This document shows positions 44,277 through 53,437 of a stretch of 64,000 bases of DNA, in pieces (the stretch's first letter is position 1; every line of letters begins with the position of its first letter). Made by a program: the position numbers and the translations under genes. The DNA comes from an uncultured Coriobacteriaceae bacterium (GTDB lineage Bacteria; Actinomycetota; Coriobacteriia; Coriobacteriales; Eggerthellaceae). Location: the NCBI GenBank assembly GCA_902779135.1, contig CACZAR010000004.1, positions 308 to 64,307 on the forward strand, read 5' to 3'. The notes under the pieces are model-generated. The model did no database searches, was not told the DNA's origin, and worked only from the letters and a program-made list of their open reading frames with translations.

Positions 44277-47126
44277 CTACTCGCTTTCGTCAAACCCGAT
44301 CGCGTCGAGCGCATCACCGCAGCGCTTGCACACAGCAGGATGGTTCTCGTTTCCACCGAGCTCGCGATAATTCCAGCAACGTGGGCATTTCTCGCCCTCG
44401 GCTGGCACGACCTCACAAGCAAGTTCTTCGCCTTCGATGAACTCGACCCCCGACACGATGAACAGCTCTTCGAAAACGGCAGGATCGTATGAAGAAACAT
44501 CTGCAATCATGTCTGCCGGAACCGTCACCTTGACGGCGGCTTCCTGGCTCTTCTTCACCGCACCGTTTGCACGCGACTCCTCGAGCGCCTTCGTGACAAC
44601 TTCGCGCACGCACATGGCAACTGAGAACTTCTCGACATCGGCTGCGCCGTCGTCAGCAGGAAGAGCAGGATAGAAGTCGTCGCGAGAAGGCCAACCAGCA
44701 AGCTGGACATTCGTCGGCCAATCATCACCATGACGCAACGCTTCGGGGTAATACTCCCAAACCTCGTCACATGTGAACGACAGGATAGGCGCAAGAACGC
44801 GGACGAGGACTTCAATGATGTTCATGAGCACGGTCTGCACGGCACGACGACGCGGAGATTCAGGCGCCTCGGAATAGAGGCGATCCTTTGCGACGTCCAT
44901 GTAGACGCTCGACAGATCATTGACGAAGTCGTAGCAAGCGCGGTACACGCCCGAGAACTTGTACGTATCGTAGCTTTCCTCGCACTCACGCAGCAAGCTG
45001 TAGGCCTTTGCCATGAAGTATTTGTCGATGGGCTCGAGGTCGTCCCACGAAGCAACCATGTCCTCGGTGCCGAAATCGCTCAGATTCGCCAAGAGGAAAC
45101 GCAGCGAATTGCGGAACTTGCGATAGGCATCGGAAACCTGCTTGAGGATGTTGTCGGAAATCGAGACGTCTTGAGAATAGTCGACAGATGCAACCCAGAG
45201 CCTGAGGACGTCGGCACCGAATTTGCTCATAACATCAGCAGGATCGACGCCGTTGCCCTTGGACTTCGACATCTTCTCGCCGTTCTCATCCACCGTGAAA
45301 CCACAGTGCATGACGCTCTTGTACGGAGGCTCGCCATAGGCGCCCACGCTCGTCAGCAACGAGCTCTGGAACCATCCACGGTGTTGGTCGGAGCCTTCGA
45401 GATACATGTCAGCAGGCCATCTTACGCCCTCGTCGGCACGATGCTTCAAGACGCCAACGTGAGAGACGCCGCTCTCCCACCACACGTCGAGGATGTCCTT
45501 CTCAGGCTCAAGCTCATCAACACCCGCACCGCACTTCGCGCAGCAGGTATCAGCCGGCAAGTAGTCAGCAGGTTTGAGCGTGAACCAGGCATCAGCACCC
45601 TTATCGTAGAAGAGCTTGATGACCGCATCGAACGTTTCTTCAGTCGCAACAGTCTCGCCGCACTTCGAACAGGTGAACACCGGGATGGGAACGCCCCACG
45701 AACGCTGACGTGAAATACACCAGTCGGGACGCTCGGCAACCATGGCGCCGATGCGGTTAGATGCCCAGGCGGGAATCCATTGCACGTCCTCTTCGATGGC
45801 CTTCGAAGCCGCCTTGCGCAGCCCCGTTTCATCCATCGAGACGAACCACTGGCTCGTGGCCCTGAAGATGACGGGCTCATGGCAACGCCAGCAATGCGGG
45901 TAGCTGTGATTGATGTCTTCGTGCATGATCAGCATGCCGCGCTCGCGGAGCCACTCGATGATAACCGGGTTGGCTTCGTTGACTTCCATTCCGCTGAACG
46001 GGCCGCCGAACCCGATGCCCTCGCCCTCGTAGAAATGGCCGTCATCGTCGACCGGCATGATGACCGGCACATCGAACTTCATGCCAGCCAAGTAGTCGTC
46101 AACACCATGGCCAGGAGCGGTGTGGACGATGCCCGTACCGTCTTCCATAGTGACGTAATCGGCATAGATGAAAACGCCTTCTTCGCCCTGGTCGGCGAAA
46201 ATCGGCTGCTTGTAACGGTTGTAAGCGAGCTCGGTGCCGTTCATCTTCCATCCATCAACGACCGTGGCACCTTCCCAACCGAATTTCTCGATGAGCTTTT
46301 CGGTGAGTGCTTCAGCCATGATGATGGCACGGCCGTCGTAGGCCACTGCGACGTAATTCTCTTCTGGATGCAAGATGACTGCATCGTCAGCCGGCAGCGT
46401 CCAAGGCGTGGTCGTCCAGATGGCTACATCGAGTTTTCCTTCCCACTCTTCGAGGCCTGCGGGAACAGTCGTCATCTCGAAGCGCACGAAGATAGCAGGA
46501 CTGACCTCATCACCGTACTCGATCTCGGCTTCGGCAAGCGCCGTGTGGCAATGAGCGCACCAATGGATTGGCTTGCGACCACGGTAAATTGCCCCGTCCA
46601 AATACATCTTCTTGAAGACTTCGACGTTTCCCGCCTCAAAGTTCGGGATGAACGTCAGGTACGGATGCTCCCAGTCGGCGTTAACGCCAAGACGCTTGAA
46701 CCCCTCGCGTTGCACGTCGACGTACTTCTCCGCCCATTCACGGCACAGCCTGCGAATCTCGGGAAGCGAAGTCTCGCGGAACTTCTCGGTTCCGAGCGTT
46801 TCCTCGACCATGTGCTCGATCGGCTGGCCATGGCAGTCCCAACCGGGAATGTACGGAGTATAAAAACCGCGTTGCGCATGCGATTTGTTAACAAAATCCT
46901 TGAGAATCTTGTTGAAAGCATGGCCGATATGAATGGGGCCGTTTGCATACGGAGGGCCGTCATGCAGGATGAACGGCTCTCCATCGGCGTTCTTTTCGAG
47001 AACGCGCCAGTAAATTTTTTCCTGCTCCCACTTCTCAAGCCTTTTCGGCTCGTTTTCGGGAAGGTTGCCCCTCATCGGGAAGTCGGTTGCGGGCAGGTTC
47101 ATCGTGTTCTTGTAGGTATTAGCCAC
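44277..47126 (-). CDS. ileS: isoleucine--tRNA ligase
   Basis: 949 aa with PYANGPIHIGH (HIGH), KMSKS, and C-terminal CPRCW...CKRC zinc knuckles. Confidence 0.95.
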   Translation of the reverse strand: MANTYKNTMNLPATDFPMRGNLPENEPKRLEKWEQEKIYWRVLEKNADGEPFILHDGPPYANGPIHIGHAFNKILKDFVNKSHAQRGFYTPYIPGWDCHGQPIEHMVEETLGTEKFRETSLPEIRRLCREWAEKYVDVQREGFKRLGVNADWEHPYLTFIPNFEAGNVEVFKKMYLDGAIYRGRKPIHWCAHCHTALAEAEIEYGDEVSPAIFVRFEMTTVPAGLEEWEGKLDVAIWTTTPWTLPADDAVILHPEENYVAVAYDGRAIIMAEALTEKLIEKFGWEGATVVDGWKMNGTELAYNRYKQPIFADQGEEGVFIYADYVTMEDGTGIVHTAPGHGVDDYLAGMKFDVPVIMPVDDDGHFYEGEGIGFGGPFSGMEVNEANPVIIEWLRERGMLIMHEDINHSYPHCWRCHEPVIFRATSQWFVSMDETGLRKAASKAIEEDVQWIPAWASNRIGAMVAERPDWCISRQRSWGVPIPVFTCSKCGETVATEETFDAVIKLFYDKGADAWFTLKPADYLPADTCCAKCGAGVDELEPEKDILDVWWESGVSHVGVLKHRADEGVRWPADMYLEGSDQHRGWFQSSLLTSVGAYGEPPYKSVMHCGFTVDENGEKMSKSKGNGVDPADVMSKFGADVLRLWVASVDYSQDVSISDNILKQVSDAYRKFRNSLRFLLANLSDFGTEDMVASWDDLEPIDKYFMAKAYSLLRECEESYDTYKFSGVYRACYDFVNDLSSVYMDVAKDRLYSEAPESPRRRAVQTVLMNIIEVLVRVLAPILSFTCDEVWEYYPEALRHGDDWPTNVQLAGWPSRDDFYPALPADDGAADVEKFSVAMCVREVVTKALEESRANGAVKKSQEAAVKVTVPADMIADVSSYDPAVFEELFIVSGVEFIEGEELACEVVPAEGEKCPRCWNYRELGGNENHPAVCKRCGDALDAIGFDESE

Positions 47127-47294
47127 CGTTGCCTCTTTCAGGTCAAAACATAAACTCGAAAATTATACCAGTAGAAACACCAGGAACTATGGGGGTTTCA
47201 TGGCTATAATCGTTTCTTGATATTGATTGCGCTTCGAGCCGTTTGCGTTTCATCCTTTTCAAGTCAAATCGGCTCATTCGGAGGTTGGAAGTAG

Positions 47295-48218
47295 ATGGCG
47301 AAACATAATCCGTTGACGCTGAAGATGGCAATAAACCTTGCAGCGCCGCACACATGGCCGGCTGCCATCATGCCGACGCTTGTTGCCCTGTGCGTTGCCA
47401 GCAACTCGACCCCACTGTCCGTCACTATGAGCCTGACGTTGCTGGTTATCGTTACGCTCATGCAATCTGCCGTTAACACGTTCAACGACTACTACGACTT
47501 CGTCAAGGGATCGGATTCGGCTGACGACTATGTCGACCCTTCTGACGCTGTACTCGTGTACAACGACGTTGATCCCAAAGCAGCTCTCAAACTTGCAATC
47601 GCCATGCTTGTCTGCGCTTTTGCACTTGGAATTTATGCAATTGTCAAGGCTGGTTTCGTTCCGCTCGTAATCGCGCTCATCGGCGCGCTTTTTGTCGTGC
47701 TGTACTCTGCAGGCAAATCGCCGATTTCGTATCTGCCTCTCGGCGAGGCGGTCAGCGGTATCGTGATGGGCGGGCTCATTCCACTCGCCGTCTATCAAGT
47801 CGTGACGGGAAAACTCGATTTCGCGATGCTGCTTTTGGCCATCCCGACCATCATAGGTGTCGGCTTGATCATGTTCACGAACAACACGTGCGACATCGAG
47901 CGAGACGTCCCTTCGGGCAGGAAGACGTTGCCTGTACTGCTTGGACGTGACGCTGCAGTGCGGTGGTATCACATCGCAGTTATCGTTTGGATTGTGGACA
48001 TCATCATCAACGTTGCAGTCGTTGCGAAACCTGGCTTGATCGTTGTCCCGTTCATGTTGCTTGCCGCTTATCCGTTGGTCAAAGCCCTCTTTGCCAACCC
48101 CATGACACCAGAGCGCAGGCTCCAAGCCATGCCCCAGATTCTCAGCGTCAACATCGTCCTAGGAGCCTTCTATTGTGCAGCGCTTTTAGCACCTGCCACA
48201 GTTACGCTCGTGCTTTAG
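47295..48218 (+). CDS. menA: 1,4-dihydroxy-2-naphthoate polyprenyltransferase (UbiA family)
   Basis: 307-aa polytopic protein with NTFNDYYDFVKG and NNTCDIERD, the UbiA-family Asp-rich motifs. Confidence 0.8.
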   Translation: MAKHNPLTLKMAINLAAPHTWPAAIMPTLVALCVASNSTPLSVTMSLTLLVIVTLMQSAVNTFNDYYDFVKGSDSADDYVDPSDAVLVYNDVDPKAALKLAIAMLVCAFALGIYAIVKAGFVPLVIALIGALFVVLYSAGKSPISYLPLGEAVSGIVMGGLIPLAVYQVVTGKLDFAMLLLAIPTIIGVGLIMFTNNTCDIERDVPSGRKTLPVLLGRDAAVRWYHIAVIVWIVDIIINVAVVAKPGLIVVPFMLLAAYPLVKALFANPMTPERRLQAMPQILSVNIVLGAFYCAALLAPATVTLVL

Positions 48219-49165
48219 CGCCAGAGAATCTGCACCTTGTCGGGAAAGATCGAATCGAGCTTCGCAACATCGAAGCCTTCCAACAAATCAGAAGCCGCAC
48301 AGGGCTCGTCAGAATCGATTAGCCCTGCTACAAAAGCAACATGTCCTATAACCCCTTCGGGTGTCTTATAAACTGCCAGAAGCTCATCAAGCGCTGCATC
48401 GCGGTCACGTTTCGACAGACGCCTATCACGCTCTCCTACCATAAGCGGAACATGCGCGTAATCGCATTGCTCGAAGCCAAGTTGTTCTTGCAGGAACATT
48501 TGCTGAGGAGTCGAAACGAGCAGATCCATGCCGCGCACAATGCAATTGACGCCCTGCGCCGCGTCGTCGACGACTACGGCAAGTTGATAGGCAAACAAAC
48601 CGTCTGAGCGTCGAATGATGAAGTCACCGCATTCGCTTTCAAGCTCTTGCGCGTATTTACCTTGAACGAGATCGTCCAATTCATACACTCTATGAGGAAC
48701 CCTCACACGGTAAGCTGGCTTCCTGTTGGCGCTCCGCTCTTCGACCTCCTGCGCAGTAAGATTCCGGCAAATACCTGGGTATACGAGCTTTTCGCCACGA
48801 TGCGGCGCTGATGCAGCATGCAAATCGGCTCGCGTGCAGAAGCATGGATAAACGATGCCGCTATCTACCAAACGTTGATAGGCATTTTGATATGCTTCGT
48901 CACGATCGTGCTGGTAGAACGGGCCTTCGTCCCACGTCAACCCAAGCGATTCGAAATCACGACATACTTGATCTGCATAGGATGATCTCGAGCGCTCAAC
49001 GTCAAGATCCTCGATTCGCAGAATGATTGCACCATCCTGCGACTTCACGATGAGCCATGACATGAGCGCGGCAAAGATATTGCCGGCATGCATGCGCCCC
49101 GTCGGCGAAGGCGCAAACCTACCGACGGGGCGCTTAGTGAAACCTTTTTCGTTATGCGCGTTCAT
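48215..49165 (-). CDS. gluQ: tRNA glutamyl-Q(34) synthetase (truncated GluRS paralog)
   Basis: RFAPSPTGRMHAGN (HIGH-like), LRIEDLD, and LSKR (KMSKS-like). Only about 316 aa, with no anticodon-binding domain. Confidence 0.8.
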   Translation of the reverse strand: MNAHNEKGFTKRPVGRFAPSPTGRMHAGNIFAALMSWLIVKSQDGAIILRIEDLDVERSRSSYADQVCRDFESLGLTWDEGPFYQHDRDEAYQNAYQRLVDSGIVYPCFCTRADLHAASAPHRGEKLVYPGICRNLTAQEVEERSANRKPAYRVRVPHRVYELDDLVQGKYAQELESECGDFIIRRSDGLFAYQLAVVVDDAAQGVNCIVRGMDLLVSTPQQMFLQEQLGFEQCDYAHVPLMVGERDRRLSKRDRDAALDELLAVYKTPEGVIGHVAFVAGLIDSDEPCAASDLLEGFDVAKLDSIFPDKVQILWR

Positions 49166-49733
49166 TTGCGAAAGCGAAACCGAGCTCGAACGCTTTCACA
49201 TTCGACTCGATGGTCTTCGGAGGCACACGGCCTTCGATGACTTTGCTCCACAATTCCAAACCGAATCCAAGCTGCGACTCAAGTGCGCCGAGAATCGCGA
49301 CGTTCTCGCACTTGGCATTACCAGCTTCAACGGCAAGATCATGCGCTGGAATGAGCACGGCGCCAGCGTCTTCGAGCTTGCGGTGCGCGTCAGCTGGCAT
49401 CGAGGCGAACCCGCATGCAACGGGCAGCGGCTTGATCGTTTCATCGGCAACGAGGAGATAGCCGCCCTGCTTGAGGAAAGCAATGTTGCGCAACGCTTCG
49501 GTCGTCTCGAAGGAAACGACGATATCGGACTCGCCCACATCGGCAACCATGGTGTTGACCTTGTCACCATAGCGAACGACTGTCGTTACGGCGCCACCAC
49601 GTTGGGCCATGCCGTGAATCTCCGAAACTTTAACCTCGAAACCCGCTGCCAACGCAGCACGCGCAAGCAGATCGGCAGCGAGAATCGTGCCTTGACCGCC
49701 AACACCACAGAGAAGAACCGTTTTCGCGCTCAT
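49152..49733 (-). CDS. iorB: indolepyruvate:ferredoxin oxidoreductase subunit beta
   Basis: LLCGVGGQGTILAADLL...IHGMAQRGG. Its ATG overlaps the iorA stop (ATGA). Confidence 0.85.
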   Translation of the reverse strand: MSAKTVLLCGVGGQGTILAADLLARAALAAGFEVKVSEIHGMAQRGGAVTTVVRYGDKVNTMVADVGESDIVVSFETTEALRNIAFLKQGGYLLVADETIKPLPVACGFASMPADAHRKLEDAGAVLIPAHDLAVEAGNAKCENVAILGALESQLGFGLELWSKVIEGRVPPKTIESNVKAFELGFAFANERA

Positions 49734-51493
49734 CGTACACCACCCTTCTCCGAAGATGCTGGTACCTGCTCGATAGCCGAGAACGCGCAGTATTGCGCGC
49801 ATTGCCCGCAACCGATACACATGGCAGCGTCAATGCATGCAATTCCTGTTTCTGCATCTTTCGATATTGCAGGGCAGCCGAGCGTTGCACAGACGCCACA
49901 CGAACGGCAATCGCCATTGACGAAGTAATGCGGCTTGCGTTGACGGTGCAGCAGCACACATGGAGCCTTGAATACGAGGACCGACAATTCGTCAGCCTGA
50001 TCCTTGGTTGCTACTTTCAGCGCACCCCTCACAGCTTTCATGTCATGCGGGTCGACAACCGAAACGTTCTCGATGCCAAGCGCTTCGAGCACGCCGACCA
50101 AGTCAAGTTCACGACTCTCACGGTTCTGTAGCGTGACGCCGTTGAACGGATTTCCCTGACGACCAGTCATCGCCGTCGTTCGATTGTCGAGGATGCACAC
50201 CGTACCAGCGCCCTTGTTGTAGACCGTCGTAATGAGCGAGGACAGACCGGAATGCCCGAACGTCGAATCGCCGATGACCGCCACGACCGGCTGATGCTCG
50301 CGTCCTGCAAGGGCCAGCTCGAAACCATGCGACATCGACACCGAGGCGCCCATGTCGACACAGGTATCCATTGCTGAGAGCGGCGGGAGCGTGCCGAGCG
50401 TGTAGCATCCGATGTCGCCTGTCACTATCGCTTTAATACGCGAAAGCTCCTTGAAGACCAATCGATGCGGGCATCCAGCACACAAAGCAGGCGGACGGCC
50501 GGGAACATCGCCAGGAGACTCGATGTGTTCCGGTGCCTCGAAACCAAACGCGCGCTTGATGAGGCCCGGACTCAATTCCCCATCGCGCGGCAAGTCGCAG
50601 GGGAAGTCTGCGACCTCGACGCCGAGCGCGCAAACCTCACTTGTAAGGTAATCGGAACCTTCCTCGATCACGTAGAGCGCATCAACGCTGTTTGCAAACG
50701 ACGTAACCTTCTCCTTCGGAAGCGGCCACGTCACGCCGAGCTTCAAGACGGAAGCCTCAGGCAGTGCTTCGATAACATGCTGGTAGACGGCACCACAGCA
50801 TACGACGCCGATTTCGCTGCCGCGCTTCACGACCTCGTTGAATTCGCATTGCTCAACCCATTCCTCGAGTTGTGCGATACGCTCGAGTTGTACTTTGCGG
50901 CGAGGTTTGGCGAAAGCAGGCATCATAACCCATTTGGCTGGATTCTTTTCATAGGATTTAAGCTCGTAGTCAACCTTTTCACCAGTCTCAACAGGCGTTT
51001 TTGTATGCGAAACGCGCACCGTCGAGCGAATCATGAACGGCACGTCGAAACGCTCAGAAAGTTCATAGGCCTTCTTGGTGAATGCCAACGCCTCAGATGC
51101 ATCGGCAGGATCGAGAATGGGCACATGGGCGGCACGAGCGTAGAAATGCGAGTCCTGCTCGTTTTGCGAGGAATACATGCCGGGATCGTCGGCGGCCAAA
51201 ATCACATATCCGCCGTTGACACCTGTATAGGCAGCAGTGAAGAGCGGATCAGCCGCAACGTTGACACCGACGTGTTTCATGGTGGAGAGAACACGTGCAC
51301 CGGCAGCAGACGCCCCCACGCCTACTTCTACGGCCACCTTTTCGTTCGTGCACCATTCGGCATACACGCCTTCGTAGGTTGCAAACGATTCCATCGTCTC
51401 CGTCGATGGCGTACCGGGATATGCGACACCGATAGTCGCTCCAGCTTCCCATGCGCCACGGGCAATGGCCTCGTTACCTGACATTAATTGCAT
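49730..51493 (-). CDS. iorA: indolepyruvate:ferredoxin oxidoreductase subunit alpha
   Basis: MQLMSGNEAIARGAWEAG..YPGTPSTE, a TPP-binding GDSTF.HSG motif, and C-terminal 2x CxxCxxCxxxCP. Confidence 0.88.
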   Translation of the reverse strand: MQLMSGNEAIARGAWEAGATIGVAYPGTPSTETMESFATYEGVYAEWCTNEKVAVEVGVGASAAGARVLSTMKHVGVNVAADPLFTAAYTGVNGGYVILAADDPGMYSSQNEQDSHFYARAAHVPILDPADASEALAFTKKAYELSERFDVPFMIRSTVRVSHTKTPVETGEKVDYELKSYEKNPAKWVMMPAFAKPRRKVQLERIAQLEEWVEQCEFNEVVKRGSEIGVVCCGAVYQHVIEALPEASVLKLGVTWPLPKEKVTSFANSVDALYVIEEGSDYLTSEVCALGVEVADFPCDLPRDGELSPGLIKRAFGFEAPEHIESPGDVPGRPPALCAGCPHRLVFKELSRIKAIVTGDIGCYTLGTLPPLSAMDTCVDMGASVSMSHGFELALAGREHQPVVAVIGDSTFGHSGLSSLITTVYNKGAGTVCILDNRTTAMTGRQGNPFNGVTLQNRESRELDLVGVLEALGIENVSVVDPHDMKAVRGALKVATKDQADELSVLVFKAPCVLLHRQRKPHYFVNGDCRSCGVCATLGCPAISKDAETGIACIDAAMCIGCGQCAQYCAFSAIEQVPASSEKGGVR

Positions 51494-51534
51494 ACACACA
51501 CCAACCTTCTCGTCTTTATTTCTCAACTTGACGC

Positions 51535-51978
51535 TTACGGTCGCTCTCTGAACAAGAGGCAGAACGCTCCAATTTGCAGCAAGTCGCCCGATTTCAGCGC
51601 GCATGTCTCAACCATGCGATCGTTAACCCAAACGCCGTTATATGAGTTCAAATCCTTGATGATGCACGCGTCATTGCGCACTTCGATGATGGCATGCTCG
51701 CGCGACACTGTCATATCGTTGAGAAAGATATCGCACTGAGGATCGCGGCCAACACTGAGGTCGCCTTTTTTGAGCTCGATATCGATACCGGTCTGAGGGC
51801 CGCGCACAACCCTCAACTCAAACTTCTGGTCATCTTCACTGAGCTGTTTTAGCACATCGCCGCCCATGGCAACGGGCGTGAAGCTCTGCGTTGAGCCCAT
51901 GACACGATATCCGCAACTCGGGCATACGTATGCGTTGTCTGGAATTTCGTTACTGCAAATTGGGCAAACGTTCGTCAT
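51535..51978 (-). CDS. zinc-ribbon plus FHA domain protein
   Basis: CPICSN..YVCPSCG followed by an FHA core (VGRD..CDIFLND..VSREHA...D.NS.NG..VN). Confidence 0.85.
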   Translation of the reverse strand: MTNVCPICSNEIPDNAYVCPSCGYRVMGSTQSFTPVAMGGDVLKQLSEDDQKFELRVVRGPQTGIDIELKKGDLSVGRDPQCDIFLNDMTVSREHAIIEVRNDACIIKDLNSYNGVWVNDRMVETCALKSGDLLQIGAFCLLFRERP

Positions 51979-52007
51979 TTTCGTTCCTTTTCATTGCCGT
52001 CTCAACA

Positions 52008-53429
52008 CTACGTGGGACTCAATACGTTATCGTCCAAAATCGGCATTACATTGTATACCTCAGACCTATCGGCAGGGTCGATCGCATTCGAGCCGCCAGT
52101 AACGTCTTGCCACCATATCACCAACGCCTCAATCGGATTAGGAGCAGCCAGATCTTGGCAGGCGACGAGGTCTTGCTGGGCAATCACCTCGTTGTGCTGC
52201 TTGAATGTTATCGTGCCGACCTTGTCTCCGGCACGGACATTCCCGTGCAGCTCGTTGAGCTCGACCACCTGGCTCACATTTCCCTCGAGGTCGAAGATGG
52301 TGATTGAGGCATTTGGGTCTGCCATTGTTGCAGACACCGTCTTGTCAGGCCAGTCCAGATGGGCAACATCTGCAATCACTGGAACTTCCCTGGCTTCGGC
52401 TCCTCGACCCATCGATGCGTACTTGTCGCTATTTGCAAGCTTCAGGTTTGCTACGTGCTCATAGCCCCATTCGAAAAGCGTCTGCGTATCGATGAATCGT
52501 TGATACTCATCGCTCGACCCGAGAACTACCGAATAGAACTCGCGTCCTTCATTGTTTGCAGCGCCCATGAACGATGGACCTGCAAGGAGCGTTACTCCCG
52601 TCTTGATCCCAATCGCCTTGTCATACATTTCGAGAAGCAAGTCGGTCGTCTCAAGGTCGATTGACTCCTTCGCACCTTCGCGGGTGACCTGAATCGTCGT
52701 CGAACCACCCGAAACGATTTCGCGAATCCTTTGATAGGACATTGCGCAGCGAGCAACGAGCGCTTGGTCGTGTGCCGTGCTATGCAGCTCACCGGCGTAT
52801 TCTTCATCATCAAGACCATGCGGGTTCTCGTACACCGTGTTTGTGCATCCCAATTCAGCAGCTTTCGCGTTCATGGCAGCAACGAACACCTCAACCGGAT
52901 CGTCGCCGAGACTCGGGTTTGAAGCAATCATCGAAGACCCAACGGCTTCTGCAATAGCAAGTGCCGCATCGTTTCCCGACGGCACAAGCAGGGCTTTTAG
53001 CGCTGTCTCAAAATCCATGACATCGCCCTCTTGGAGCCCAGCACTGGACTCGCCGATCAATGCCGCCGCTTCGCTCACGCTTATATGAAGATCGGCAGGA
53101 GCGTTGTCTATAGCAACGATTGCAGTCATGACTTTTGTCAAAGATGCAATTTGAGATTCGTCGTCACCCAATCGAGAGAACAGCACATTTCCATCCGAAT
53201 CCATGAGGACAGCGAACTCGGCATCTATCGAAGGGCATTCCGCGACAGACAGCCCCCTCTCGCCCACCGTCGCTCCGCCCACGATATCGGCTTTGAGCAC
53301 TTCAGCATGAGCCTGAACAGGTAATGCGCATATTGCGAATAGGGAAAGCAGGAACGCGATTACGAGCGTACACGCAAAACTCATGCGCTCTGCATGTCCG
53401 GCCGTTGTGGCGCATGAAGCGCTGTTCAT
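52008..53429 (-). CDS. D-alanyl-D-alanine carboxypeptidase (PBP5/DacB-type serine peptidase)
   Basis: Signal peptide, IASLTKVMT (SxxK), PSGND (SxN) and IKTGVT (KTG). The start is uncertain (53429, 53384 or 53444). Confidence 0.85.
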   Translation of the reverse strand: MNSASCATTAGHAERMSFACTLVIAFLLSLFAICALPVQAHAEVLKADIVGGATVGERGLSVAECPSIDAEFAVLMDSDGNVLFSRLGDDESQIASLTKVMTAIVAIDNAPADLHISVSEAAALIGESSAGLQEGDVMDFETALKALLVPSGNDAALAIAEAVGSSMIASNPSLGDDPVEVFVAAMNAKAAELGCTNTVYENPHGLDDEEYAGELHSTAHDQALVARCAMSYQRIREIVSGGSTTIQVTREGAKESIDLETTDLLLEMYDKAIGIKTGVTLLAGPSFMGAANNEGREFYSVVLGSSDEYQRFIDTQTLFEWGYEHVANLKLANSDKYASMGRGAEAREVPVIADVAHLDWPDKTVSATMADPNASITIFDLEGNVSQVVELNELHGNVRAGDKVGTITFKQHNEVIAQQDLVACQDLAAPNPIEALVIWWQDVTGGSNAIDPADRSEVYNVMPILDDNVLSPT

Positions 53430-53437
53430 TTCACCTC

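Noticed and set aside
47127-47294. Possible T-box leader upstream of ileS.
   Set aside because: The 168-nt gap is shared with divergent menA. It contains no T-box core resembling GGUGGUACCGCG, no obvious specifier-loop/antiterminator pair and no terminator hairpin.
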